Shown here: positions 28,321-37,506 of the stretch, piece by piece | Numbering within the stretch: the first letter of the stretch is position 1 | How the letters are laid out: each line of letters starts with the position of its first letter | NCBI GenBank assembly: GCA_963816345.1 | Contig: CAWFKI010000005.1 | Span: 1,695,572 to 1,759,571 of the forward strand | DNA from: an uncultured Bacteroidales bacterium | Lineage (GTDB): Bacteria; Bacteroidota; Bacteroidia; Bacteroidales; VadinHA17 | Length of the DNA: 64,000 nt | Direction: 5' to 3' | Notes under the pieces: model-generated | Seen by the model: the letters and a program-made list of their open reading frames with translations, nothing else | Database searches by the model: none | Told to the model about the DNA's origin: nothing | Position numbers and translations under genes: made by a program

Positions 28321-29766
28321 ATGAAGCTGATCAATCCTCTGTTGATTTTACGTATATTGAGTACGATCCTTATTATAGAAACAGTATCCTTTCTGTTTTG
28401 TCTCCCGGTTGTCTATATTTATAAAGAACCTGCATCACCCTTCTTCCTTTCCGCTGCCATTGCTTTCTTATTGTCAGTAATATTATATACTATATCAGGA
28501 AATGCCGATGCAAAGAAATTCAGCAGCAGGGATGCATATCTGTCAGTAGTACTTTCCTGGATCCTATTTTCACTGATGGGTACACTGCCTTACCTGATTA
28601 CTGGTACAATTCCCTCTTTCATAGATGCTTTTTTTGAATCAACATCCGGCTTTACATCTACCGGCTCCTCAGTTATTAAGGATGTTGAGATACTGCCGTA
28701 TTCAATTCTTTTCTTCAGAAGTCTTACACACTGGGTGGGTGGAATAAGTATAATAGAACTGGCGATAATTGTTCTCCCGTCGCTCAGCGCAACCGGTTAC
28801 CAGCTCTTCACACTGGAATCTTCCATGAAGGAGAAATTCCATGCCAGAACAAGGACTATCGGATTCAGGGTTTTGTTTATTTACCTGGGACTGACACTTG
28901 CGGAGATATTATTACTTAATCTTGGAGATATGTCGCTCTTTGACAGTATCTGCCACTCATTCGGAACAATTGCAACCGGGAGTTTTTCAACAAAGAACAA
29001 CAGTCTGATGTCGTACTCTTCATATAGTCAATATATTGTACTAATATTCATGTTCCTGGCCGGAACGAGTCAGATTATTTATTATTGGCTGGTGAAATTA
29101 AATTTCAAAAAAATCAGGCAAAACGAAGAACTATGGTTCTATATGGTGGTTGTTGTTATCGCAGGCTCTGTTGCCACAATTATGCTGCTTGCTAACTCTG
29201 CAAGGACCTTTGAGGAGTCATTCCGGGAAGGTTTCTTTCAGATTGTTTCCATTATTACATGCACAGGATTCACATCGGCAGATTATATACTATGGCCTAT
29301 GTCGGCTGTCCTGCTGATATTTCTTATGATGTTTGCAGGCGGTAGTACCGGTTCCACAAGCGGCGGGATAAAGATGGCAAGGCATTTAATTGTGCTGAAG
29401 AATATAAAGAATATCTTTCAGAGACTCAATCATCCGAAATCAATTTCATTTTCCCGGCTAAATGGAAAGATAATTCCGGAGAACACAAACATATCAATCC
29501 TTTCCTTTGTGGTCTTATATCTATTTCTTTTTTTATGCGGGACAATAATTGTTGTACTGACCGGTGTTGATCCGGTTACTGCATCCGGTTCAGTTGCAAC
29601 CTGCATGGCCGGGATAGGACCAGGTCTTGGCACAGTGGGCCCGATGAGCAATTTTGCTCATCTTCCGGATCTGAGCAAAGTAATTCTGAGTTTCCTGATG
29701 ATCGCAGGCAGGCTGGAATTTATTACGGTATTCGCTATTTTCACCCGTACTTTCTGGAAACTCTGA
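28321..29766 (+). CDS. trkH: TrkH-family K+ uptake membrane subunit
   Basis: 481 aa polytopic protein. Repeated pore-loop-like segments (TSGFTSTGSS, TIATGSFST, CTGFTSAD, AGGSTGSTSGGIK). Confidence 0.9.
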   Translation: MKLINPLLILRILSTILIIETVSFLFCLPVVYIYKEPASPFFLSAAIAFLLSVILYTISGNADAKKFSSRDAYLSVVLSWILFSLMGTLPYLITGTIPSFIDAFFESTSGFTSTGSSVIKDVEILPYSILFFRSLTHWVGGISIIELAIIVLPSLSATGYQLFTLESSMKEKFHARTRTIGFRVLFIYLGLTLAEILLLNLGDMSLFDSICHSFGTIATGSFSTKNNSLMSYSSYSQYIVLIFMFLAGTSQIIYYWLVKLNFKKIRQNEELWFYMVVVVIAGSVATIMLLANSARTFEESFREGFFQIVSIITCTGFTSADYILWPMSAVLLIFLMMFAGGSTGSTSGGIKMARHLIVLKNIKNIFQRLNHPKSISFSRLNGKIIPENTNISILSFVVLYLFLFLCGTIIVVLTGVDPVTASGSVATCMAGIGPGLGTVGPMSNFAHLPDLSKVILSFLMIAGRLEFITVFAIFTRTFWKL

Positions 29767-30489
29767 TCAGGTTTGCCGGGCGAGCAGCCTTCTTACATGC
29801 ACAAGGCTCTCAGGGGTACCAACGTCCACCCAATATCCTTCATCGTGCTTCATAGTGTAGATATTGTTAGCTGCTGCAAGCTCCAGATAGAGATCAACCA
29901 TTGAGTAAATACCCTCTTTCATATAACCGAATATAGCAGGTTCGGCTATATGCATGCTTGAAAACGCAATTTCAGATAACTCTTCAGCATAATCCCCGGG
30001 GATTATTTGTTCACCCGTGGAGATATTTCTCCATCCCCTCAATTGTCCTTCTTTATCCACGAGTAAAAATCTCTTGCCCGGCCTGTGTCTTACGGCGAGA
30101 GTGGCAAGACCTTTTTTTTCAAGATGCAGCCTGTACAAAGCCGTAAGATCCAGATCAGATATGATATCGACGTTGTACAGGAGGAAAGGGTTATTGTCAA
30201 AGAAATGCCTGGCCCGGTACAGCCCTCCTCCGTTTTCGAGAAGTCCATCCCTTTCATCTGAAACCGAAACACTGAATCCCATCCTGTTCAGCCTCTCCAC
30301 CTCCTCCTCAACCATGCCGGCAAAGTGATGGACATTTATTATTATATCATTAAACCCTGCAGAGGAGCACTTTTCGACGGCTCTCTGAAGAAGTGACTTT
30401 CCGTTAATATCGACCAGGGCCTTTGGAATTGTCGTGGTAATTGTACCGAGCCGTCTGCCCATACCAGCGGCGAATATCATTGCTTTCAT
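29767..30489 (-). CDS. sugar-1-phosphate nucleotidyltransferase, MurU-like
   Basis: 240 aa. N-terminal FAAGMGRRLG...PKALV nucleotidyltransferase motif. It sits directly downstream of an AmgK-like kinase gene. Confidence 0.75.
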   Translation of the reverse strand: MKAMIFAAGMGRRLGTITTTIPKALVDINGKSLLQRAVEKCSSAGFNDIIINVHHFAGMVEEEVERLNRMGFSVSVSDERDGLLENGGGLYRARHFFDNNPFLLYNVDIISDLDLTALYRLHLEKKGLATLAVRHRPGKRFLLVDKEGQLRGWRNISTGEQIIPGDYAEELSEIAFSSMHIAEPAIFGYMKEGIYSMVDLYLELAAANNIYTMKHDEGYWVDVGTPESLVHVRRLLARQT

Positions 30490-30612
30490 AATCTTCTTTA
30501 AACATTGAGTAACACTGAATATTATGGAATTATACTGCTTCCTCTGTGGATTTACACCGTGTCACTCTGTGAAACTCAGTGGTTAATTGGCTTTGTTCTC
30601 AGATATCTCATT

Positions 30613-31653
30613 TCAATAGATATTCCCTCCCTTTTCGAGCTCTTTATAAATCTGAACACAGGGTATTGATCTTGCAGTCTGGGTCAGCTCGGGAACCGAC
30701 ACAGGAAGATTTCCCGAATCAATAAGCTCTGTCAGAAGCACTACGGCAGGAACAATACTGCCTGTGAATGTAGGTTTCCTTTCGTACAATCCCCTGAAGC
30801 CGAAGGCCCCGAGCGCCTGCATGAGCCTTATCATACTGAAGCCGGTAAAGTACCCGGTGAACTTTTCTTCCTTCTCACCCGATATCATACAGAATCTGGT
30901 TATATAATGCCCGAGCAGACCCTGACGGGATTTTTCGGGAATATGAGCTTTTGCGTCATAAAGGAGTGATGCCACATCATACTGGGGAGCGCCCTTCCTC
31001 CCGCCCTGGTAATCAATAAACCACGGTTCTCCGCCAATAATCATAACATTTGCCGACTGGAAATCCCTGTAAAGAAAATACTCCTGCCCTGGTTCAAGCA
31101 GGAAATCAGCCAGCTTTTCAAAGTCGTGCTCCAGCCTCCTTTCGTTAAAGGGCACTGCCAGGAGCTTGAGAAACATATATTTAAAATAATTCATGTCCCA
31201 CATCATCGATTGCCTGTCAAAGCTCCTGTGCGGATAACACAGATCGAGATTCAGACCAGTAATCCCGTTCACCTGGAACCTGATCAGTGAATCAAGTACT
31301 TTCTTATATATTTTTTCACATTCCTCATCAAACCCGACTGTCGCATGCTTTTTCTGAAGCCATGTAAACAGGTTAATATCACCCAGATCCTTAAGGAAGT
31401 AGACCGATTTTAAAGGCAGGTATCCGAATAATTCCGGAACAGGCAATCCCTTGCTGATGAAATGGTGCGTAAATCCGATAAATGCCTCATTTTCCTCAGT
31501 ATTGAGATTAAATGCTCCGATAACACTCTCACTCCCGGATATTATTCTGAAATATTTCCTGTCCGATCCTGACTGAGGCAGAGGTGTTATATTAAAATCT
31601 GAACGCCCGAATAGTTCCCTGTACCCCTCGGATACCATATTTATCTCACTCAT
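30613..31653 (-). CDS. phosphotransferase-family sugar kinase, AmgK-like
   Basis: 346 aa. Kinase catalytic loop RDFQSANVMI and metal-binding FIDYQGG. Gene order is as in AmgK-MurU MurNAc/GlcNAc salvage pairs. Confidence 0.72.
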   Translation of the reverse strand: MSEINMVSEGYRELFGRSDFNITPLPQSGSDRKYFRIISGSESVIGAFNLNTEENEAFIGFTHHFISKGLPVPELFGYLPLKSVYFLKDLGDINLFTWLQKKHATVGFDEECEKIYKKVLDSLIRFQVNGITGLNLDLCYPHRSFDRQSMMWDMNYFKYMFLKLLAVPFNERRLEHDFEKLADFLLEPGQEYFLYRDFQSANVMIIGGEPWFIDYQGGRKGAPQYDVASLLYDAKAHIPEKSRQGLLGHYITRFCMISGEKEEKFTGYFTGFSMIRLMQALGAFGFRGLYERKPTFTGSIVPAVVLLTELIDSGNLPVSVPELTQTARSIPCVQIYKELEKGGNIY

Positions 31654-31697
31654 TCAACTTACATTTAACTTTCCGCTTTTTATTTTATTAACCCGCG

Positions 31698-31754
31698 TGC
31701 CCTTTGCCTTTTTGCCAACTGCCCTTTGCCTTCTGCCATCTGCCCTCTGCCATC
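31698..31754 (+). repeat. heptamer array TGCCNNN x8
   Basis: TGCC starts at 31698, 705, 713, 720, 727, 734, 741 and 748 (7-bp period with one 8-bp step). The other strand reads ...GGCAgagGGCAgatGGCAgaaGGCAaag... Confidence 0.9.
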
Positions 31755-31759
31755 TTCCC

Positions 31760-32872
31760 CTAAAGCCTTATCATGATCTTCTTCCTGTACAGGAACAGGG
31801 CTAAACTCCAGAGAAGCAGTACCTGTATAATGGCGAACATCAGGCTTCCATTCATATTACCGGCAACCGGTACACAGAGCTTTTCATAGAACCAGTTGTA
31901 AAAACTGACCTTTCCGCCTGCAACGGGTATCTTGATTACATACAGCATAAGCTTTGTCCAGATGCCTGCAAGTGCAAATGTGAACAGGGCATTTGTTCCG
32001 AATACAATAAAGAATGTTCCCCATATTTTGAATTTCAATACATCTGCAACCAGGTAGATTACGGATAAAACAATCATTGCAAGCCCGCCGGAGAAAAGAA
32101 CGTAGGAGCTTGTCCACAATGCTTTATTTATCGGAAAAACCATTCCCCACAAATATCCCAGTCCGGTGAGTCCTGCTCCGATCACAAGAAGCTTTAATAC
32201 AGTCTTTCCGCTGGCCGATCCCCTGTCCACCAGATCGCCTGTAAAGTAACCGATTATAACTGTGCATATTGCAGGAATAGTGCTCAGTAAGCCTTCAGGA
32301 TCAAACGGGATCCCAAAACCCCTGTACATATGATTTTTGCCAAGAATTGCCAGGTCTGTTTTAAGTGCAAAGTTATCATTGAGGCTGTATGGATCAGCAC
32401 CTCCGAAAAATGCCAGCAAAGCCCAGTAAAGAAGAAGAAGAACAGCTACAACACCCCACAGATAATTCTTACTTATTGACAGGCAGATTGTTGCACCTAT
32501 TCCATATGCCAGGGCAATCCTCTGCAGGACTCCCATAATCCTCAGGGTGGAATAGTCCCTGTCAAAATAAGGAAATATTGTAAGCAACAGTCCGACTGCA
32601 AATATTGTTACTGTCCGCCTGAAGATCCTCAGAAGGGAACTGCCGTTTATCTCATTGCCATATTTTTTGAGCGAGTACCATGTTGACATTCCGACAATAA
32701 ACAGAAAAAATGGAAATACAAGATCTGTAGGCGTGCAGCCATTCCATTTTGCGTGTTCCAGAGGAGCATATACGTATTTCCAGCTTCCGGGGGTATTAAC
32801 TATGATCATGAATGCAATGGTCATGCCCCTGAATATATCAAGCGATATCAATCTGCTGTTTGCTTTCGCCAT
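31760..32872 (-). CDS. polytopic acyltransferase-like protein (DUF5009/DUF1624, heparan-alpha-glucosaminide N-acetyltransferase-like)
   Basis: 370 aa, about 10 TM. N-terminal RLISLDIFRGMTIAFMIIVNTPGSW is typical of this family. Confidence 0.75.
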   Translation of the reverse strand: MAKANSRLISLDIFRGMTIAFMIIVNTPGSWKYVYAPLEHAKWNGCTPTDLVFPFFLFIVGMSTWYSLKKYGNEINGSSLLRIFRRTVTIFAVGLLLTIFPYFDRDYSTLRIMGVLQRIALAYGIGATICLSISKNYLWGVVAVLLLLYWALLAFFGGADPYSLNDNFALKTDLAILGKNHMYRGFGIPFDPEGLLSTIPAICTVIIGYFTGDLVDRGSASGKTVLKLLVIGAGLTGLGYLWGMVFPINKALWTSSYVLFSGGLAMIVLSVIYLVADVLKFKIWGTFFIVFGTNALFTFALAGIWTKLMLYVIKIPVAGGKVSFYNWFYEKLCVPVAGNMNGSLMFAIIQVLLLWSLALFLYRKKIMIRL

Positions 32873-33043
32873 AACCGGGTTAAAATTATGCGTAAAAATA
32901 GTAATTATGGCGGATAAATTTTACCGGCATACTATCAGCCTTGACCTTCTCTCATGAAAAATAGTGAATGTGATTGAATTAATTAATCGCCCGGGACTGG
33001 TTCGCACCTTTTCCGGGTTGCCCTTGCGCCGCTAAAGAACTTT

Positions 33044-33077
33044 ACCGATTACCGATTATTTGTCCCTAAGTCCCTAA
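33044..33077 (+). repeat. two short doublets: ACCGATT x2 and GTCCCTAA x2
   Basis: ACCGATTACCGATT at 33044-33057. GTCCCTAAGTCCCTAA at 33062-33077. Confidence 0.85.
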
Positions 33078-33103
33078 TTCTCATAGTCTCTTTATTCTAC
33101 ACT

Positions 33104-33180
33104 CTGTGCTCTGTGCTCTGTGCCCTGTGCTCTGTGCCCTGTGCTCCGTGCTCTGTGTTCCGTGCTCTGTGTTCTGCGCC
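33104..33180 (+). repeat. heptamer array CTGTGCT-type x11
   Basis: Eleven exact-period heptamers: ctgtgct ctgtgct ctgtgcc ctgtgct ctgtgcc ctgtgct ccgtgct ctgtgtt ccgtgct ctgtgtt ctgcgcc. Three more units lie at 33233-33253. Confidence 0.95.
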
Positions 33181-33277
33181 CTTCCCTTAAACCCACCCCT
33201 GGCCCCTCCAGAGAGGGGAATCTGAAGAAGCTCTGTGCTCCGTGCCTTTGCTCTCACGGGACGGGATCCAGCTGAAG

Positions 33278-35200
33278 TTACCTGATTCTGATAAAAGCCA
33301 TTTTGCCTTCATCCGAGCGGGAGATCTTCTCAAAAAAATTTACAAAATCAGGATATTCTGCTGCAGGATAATTACCCTTGAATAGTTTGAATGTCCTGAT
33401 ATAGCTTACACCTTTATTACCGGATATTACTTCAGATGAATAATCTCCGAATTTTGTTGTAATTGATATTTTTTCAGGAAGCAGGTCCATTTTAAATCCG
33501 GCCGGCATTTTGAATATTACAGTATCAATTTCATTATATGGTCTCCTGATGCAGATCTCAGATTTCCTCTCCCTGGTCATGTAAGGCGGCTTGTTAACCC
33601 TGGTCATTAAGTTAGGCTTTATAATGATCTTATTTCCCGTAATTACACCATAGTTAATCAGCTTTAAGTTCAAATCTTCTCTGACAGAGGGAATGAGGCT
33701 TTTATCCTCCCTGAATGAAAGACTGACAAGATTATAACTGGGGATTGAAATACCGGATTGAACGAATTTTCTCCTGTCAGTTTCGTCCTTGTGCAGGATC
33801 ATAAATTCCTTATCATAAAGTATCCCTTTATAACTGGTCACCACATTGGAGGTTGCATTTCCGTCAGGGCTAAGCTCGACAACAGCTTTGCGGAGCTGCA
33901 AATTATCAGATATGGAATATTTCCTTGTTGAAACAAGCGTTCCTCCTGTTTCATCAGTAAGCAGGGCTTTACGGTCATCAGTAAAAGACCCTAAATAACC
34001 GAATGGGATCAGCTGACTGGTGCACTCAAGCCATATAGTGTCATTCTTAACCGGAACGCACAGAATAGCATGATTAAACTGGTTTGACGGGAAATCAGCT
34101 CTGATTGCCGGAGCGGATTCTCCGGCTCTTACAAGGGTATAATAGCTTTTGATTCCTGCAACATCGAGAAGGGATTTCATATAATTTGTAAGTGCCTTGC
34201 AGTCGCCATAGGAAACATGATCAACTTTTTCAGCCTCAATTGTCTGCCAGCCTCCGATTCCTATCGACACATTAACGTACCTCACTTTATTCTGAAAGTA
34301 ATTGTAGAGTACCCTGATTTTCTCATTGTCAGAATCAATACCGGAAACCATGCTTTTAATTTTTGCATTTGTTTCCGCATCCAGAACATTCCTTCCCTTT
34401 CCAAGCAGATTAATCCATGATCCGAAACTCTTCCACGATTCAATGTTTCCCTTATATCCCTCAACTTCGAAATCACCGGGAGCAGAATAAACAACCGGAG
34501 TATAATCTTCCCAGGAGGTACTGAATGGTTCCTTTTTTATAGCCGGCATATTCTTATATGCCCAGCTATACTTTGTTTTTCCCTCTGCTTCCGTAATCCT
34601 GCAACTGTCAATTGCATTTTTTTCCAGGTATCTGAATTTGAATCCTTTGGGTGTCAATACTGTAAGTGATGCCTTTTCGACAGAGATATTGTAATCATTA
34701 TAAACCATCCAGTCGGGGTAATAAAAGAGAGCGTCATAGGAGATCTCATACGTATACTCGACAGTGAAAGGCAGGGTACGGTATTTGGGATCAATAAATT
34801 TAACCCTGATATCTGCATACAGGGAAGATCCATCATTGGCAGAATAATCCTCCACCCTTACGTTCGCTTTGTTTTTTACTGGAACGCCGTATTGATCATA
34901 GAGATCTGCCTTTATTTTTCTTACAGAAAGAAATTTATCATAAAACTCCGTCAGTACCGATTTTTCGATGCCCTTTTCATTCAGGATTGTAATTGCGTAG
35001 GTAACTCTCTGAACAACAGTATTTTTATCTGAAATTTCAAATACTGTTTCACTGTTCCGGACAACTGCACTTGCATTTGAAATAAGCTCCTTTGGGATAT
35101 CCGCCACCTTATACTTTACATCCGCGGCATTGGCTGAAATGACAACCAGGTGAATTATAAGGAATGTCAAAAGACCAGCCTTTAGTGCAGTTTTCATCAT
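33278..35200 (-). CDS. DUF3857-type N-domain + transglutaminase-like core lipoprotein/secreted protein (catalytic residues intact)
   Basis: 640 aa with a signal peptide. Transglutaminase-like core YGDCKALTNYMKSLLDVAGI ... FNHAILCV ... WLECT. Confidence 0.85.
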   Translation of the reverse strand: MMKTALKAGLLTFLIIHLVVISANAADVKYKVADIPKELISNASAVVRNSETVFEISDKNTVVQRVTYAITILNEKGIEKSVLTEFYDKFLSVRKIKADLYDQYGVPVKNKANVRVEDYSANDGSSLYADIRVKFIDPKYRTLPFTVEYTYEISYDALFYYPDWMVYNDYNISVEKASLTVLTPKGFKFRYLEKNAIDSCRITEAEGKTKYSWAYKNMPAIKKEPFSTSWEDYTPVVYSAPGDFEVEGYKGNIESWKSFGSWINLLGKGRNVLDAETNAKIKSMVSGIDSDNEKIRVLYNYFQNKVRYVNVSIGIGGWQTIEAEKVDHVSYGDCKALTNYMKSLLDVAGIKSYYTLVRAGESAPAIRADFPSNQFNHAILCVPVKNDTIWLECTSQLIPFGYLGSFTDDRKALLTDETGGTLVSTRKYSISDNLQLRKAVVELSPDGNATSNVVTSYKGILYDKEFMILHKDETDRRKFVQSGISIPSYNLVSLSFREDKSLIPSVREDLNLKLINYGVITGNKIIIKPNLMTRVNKPPYMTRERKSEICIRRPYNEIDTVIFKMPAGFKMDLLPEKISITTKFGDYSSEVISGNKGVSYIRTFKLFKGNYPAAEYPDFVNFFEKISRSDEGKMAFIRIR

Positions 35201-35215
35201 TATATAATTTTGAGT

Positions 35216-37069
35216 TTAAATCTTTTTAATGATTATAGGTTCCGAATGCTTTTTGATAACCTCATTATAAAATTCCTTCAGGTTCTTATATTCGGTGAAA
35301 AGAAACATGGTTTTGTTGATTGAAAAAACTGATTTGACGTTAAGGGTATTCCCTGATCTGGCAGTAATATAAGTCAGGGATGCAGCATTATCAGGCATTT
35401 TAAGGCTGAGCGGAGCCGGCAACTGAACAACCTCATAGTTTTCAGGAATTTCAATACTGCTTGTTATTGTCTCTTCAATCCTGTATCCGTAGTCGACCGG
35501 ATATTTTCTTTCGTCTGCCCGCAAGGGGTTCTCTTTCATCTGATGATAGAACATCGGAAAAATGTAAATCTCATTCCCGTTTTCAGTAAGCTGATCATTT
35601 ATCGTTACATTATAATCTTCAATCACAGGCAGGTAAATACTATCTATATTACTAATGCCTGACCCGGAAATCCTAAGACCCTGCTTATCTTTTTTAAAAT
35701 CATCGAGATACTCATCAACACCGCTGAATGTCTGGTATTTCTTTCTGAAGTCAAGAGCTGAATAATCAACTTTTTTCAGAATAAGCTTACCCTCCAGGGT
35801 GTTGTTGTCAAGAAGCCTGAGATTGTATGTTGTAAATTTTTTATCCTTGTAATCAGTGCTAATAGTAAGCGGTGTGCTGTTGGTTTCATCCATTAATATA
35901 CCGGTATAGTTCAGGCATCTGAACGGGATCAGGTAATAGGGCATATGCGGTTCGGTGGCGTCGAGTAAAAAGGATTTGCCACCGGTTTTCACCTGTACAA
36001 TTATGTAGTTAAGCCTTTCGATACTTGGAGAAGAAGGTGAGATGAATCCGTGACTCCTGGTGCTCATAATTACCGGAGTTGCATCAAATCCAAGCTTCTT
36101 CAGCAACTGAAGAAGGATCAGATTGACGTCGGCAGAATTTCCAATCTTCATTCTGTATGCAAATCCCAGGGTACCTGTGGAGGCAAAAAGAGATTCCTTC
36201 TCATTCCACTTTACAACGGATTGTATGGCTTCAAAGGCTTTTTTCATCATTTCCTCCCTGCCGGGGTTTAAATCTTCAATTGACTTAGCAATCTTATTAA
36301 GATATGCAGAACTGCTAAGAGATAATCCAAAGGAGGGAACCTCCATCAGTAATCTGCTTAATTCCTCCCATGATGTTGTAACGGGGTGATAGTCAATATT
36401 AAGAATATCAAACTCCAGTTTCGTCAGGTAGTTCTCCTTTGAGGTCATAAAGGGTTCCACCTTAAAGGAAGGCATATTTTTTGCAACCCATCTTACAGGT
36501 GTTGAAATATAGAGGGGTTGATAACCAAAAAAATTATATTTAAACTTTACTTCCTTCGTATCCTCCATCTCCAGTTCGCTGTACTTTACCGGTATAAGGT
36601 CCTGAAACCGCCAGACCGGCATGATACCCTTAAAGGAAAACTCCAGATCAATGACAGAACCTACCTTAACATTCGGCATGGCAATACGCACGATGCAAAT
36701 ATTTTCGGTGATCTTATCCTTGAATATGGATTCGTTTTTCAGATAGTCTTTGATGATTTTACCGTTTTCAAGGTTAAAAGTAATGCCTTTGATCTGAGTG
36801 TCAATATTGTACGGATAGCCGCTGTTTGCCCAGTCATATCCCTCTTTTTTCAGAATTTTAATTCTCTGGATCCGGGTAAAAAGAAAGGAGGTGGAATTGA
36901 AATGTCCATAATCGCACAGTATCACTGCGGAAGCTGATGTATCTTCCGGATAGGTATCCATCCTGAGTTCCTCGATAGTGACATCACCAAATTTAACCGG
37001 AGCTTTCTGTCCTGATGTCAGTGAATAACAAATGAACAGAGCTGACAGAATAAGAATTGCTTTATTCAT
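35216..37069 (-). CDS. DUF3857/DUF3858-type transglutaminase-like paralogue lacking the Cys/His residues
   Basis: 617 aa with a signal peptide. The equivalent core reads GNSADVNLILLQLLKKLGF ... LNYIIVQV ... LLDAT (Cys->Ser and His->Tyr in my by-eye alignment). Confidence 0.85.
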   Translation of the reverse strand: MNKAILILSALFICYSLTSGQKAPVKFGDVTIEELRMDTYPEDTSASAVILCDYGHFNSTSFLFTRIQRIKILKKEGYDWANSGYPYNIDTQIKGITFNLENGKIIKDYLKNESIFKDKITENICIVRIAMPNVKVGSVIDLEFSFKGIMPVWRFQDLIPVKYSELEMEDTKEVKFKYNFFGYQPLYISTPVRWVAKNMPSFKVEPFMTSKENYLTKLEFDILNIDYHPVTTSWEELSRLLMEVPSFGLSLSSSAYLNKIAKSIEDLNPGREEMMKKAFEAIQSVVKWNEKESLFASTGTLGFAYRMKIGNSADVNLILLQLLKKLGFDATPVIMSTRSHGFISPSSPSIERLNYIIVQVKTGGKSFLLDATEPHMPYYLIPFRCLNYTGILMDETNSTPLTISTDYKDKKFTTYNLRLLDNNTLEGKLILKKVDYSALDFRKKYQTFSGVDEYLDDFKKDKQGLRISGSGISNIDSIYLPVIEDYNVTINDQLTENGNEIYIFPMFYHQMKENPLRADERKYPVDYGYRIEETITSSIEIPENYEVVQLPAPLSLKMPDNAASLTYITARSGNTLNVKSVFSINKTMFLFTEYKNLKEFYNEVIKKHSEPIIIKKI

Positions 37070-37268
37070 ATTATTAACATTAAAATATGGAAAACAAAAT
37101 GAAATATATCAACTTTCAAATTCAGTCAGTATATCCTGTTCCGATATTCACAGTATTCTCTCACACAGTATTTATCCTTTATCAGAAGACTGATTCAAAC
37201 ATAGCATAATTTATTGATATTACAAACTTACTGCCGGTTATATTTATCTGCAGGTTTCAGGTTGAAAT

Positions 37269-37295
37269 GGCGTAATGGCAAAACGGCAAAACGGC
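37269..37295 (+). repeat. octamer array GGCGTAAT GGCAAAAC GGCAAAAC GGC
   Basis: Exact 8-bp period, read directly from the sequence. Confidence 0.9.
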
Positions 37296-37346
37296 TCCAC
37301 CGCATCGCTTGTCACGCCTGCCCCATCTCCCCGCCGGACCGACCCC

Positions 37347-37404
37347 CCGCTCTACGCTCTATGCTCTACGCTCTCTTCTCCCCATCTCCCCTTCCCCGCT
37401 CCCC
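37347..37404 (+). repeat. heptamer array (CCGCTCT ACGCTCT ATGCTCT ACGCTCT ...) running into four C4 tracts
   Basis: Eight 7-bp units. The last 25 nt are CCCCatctCCCCttCCCCgctCCCC (37380-37404). Confidence 0.9.
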
Positions 37405-37461
37405 GACAGTGCCACCCCCGGGAAATGTTCAAATAATTTCAGGGTGAAATGCAATTTATGT

Positions 37462-37469
37462 TACTTTTG
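37462..37469 (+). promoter_or_regulatory. -7 box (TACTTTTG) upstream of the GH3-beta-lactamase gene
   Basis: TACTTTTG matches TAnnTTTG, 38 nt upstream of the ATG at 37507. Confidence 0.4.
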
Positions 37470-37506
37470 AATCTATTCCATTAATGATTCTTTATTATAT
37501 AAGGAT

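Noticed and set aside
28321-29766. trkH without an adjacent trkA as an anomaly
   Set aside because: Trk subunit genes are often unlinked. Nothing in the sequence suggests truncation or unusual features.
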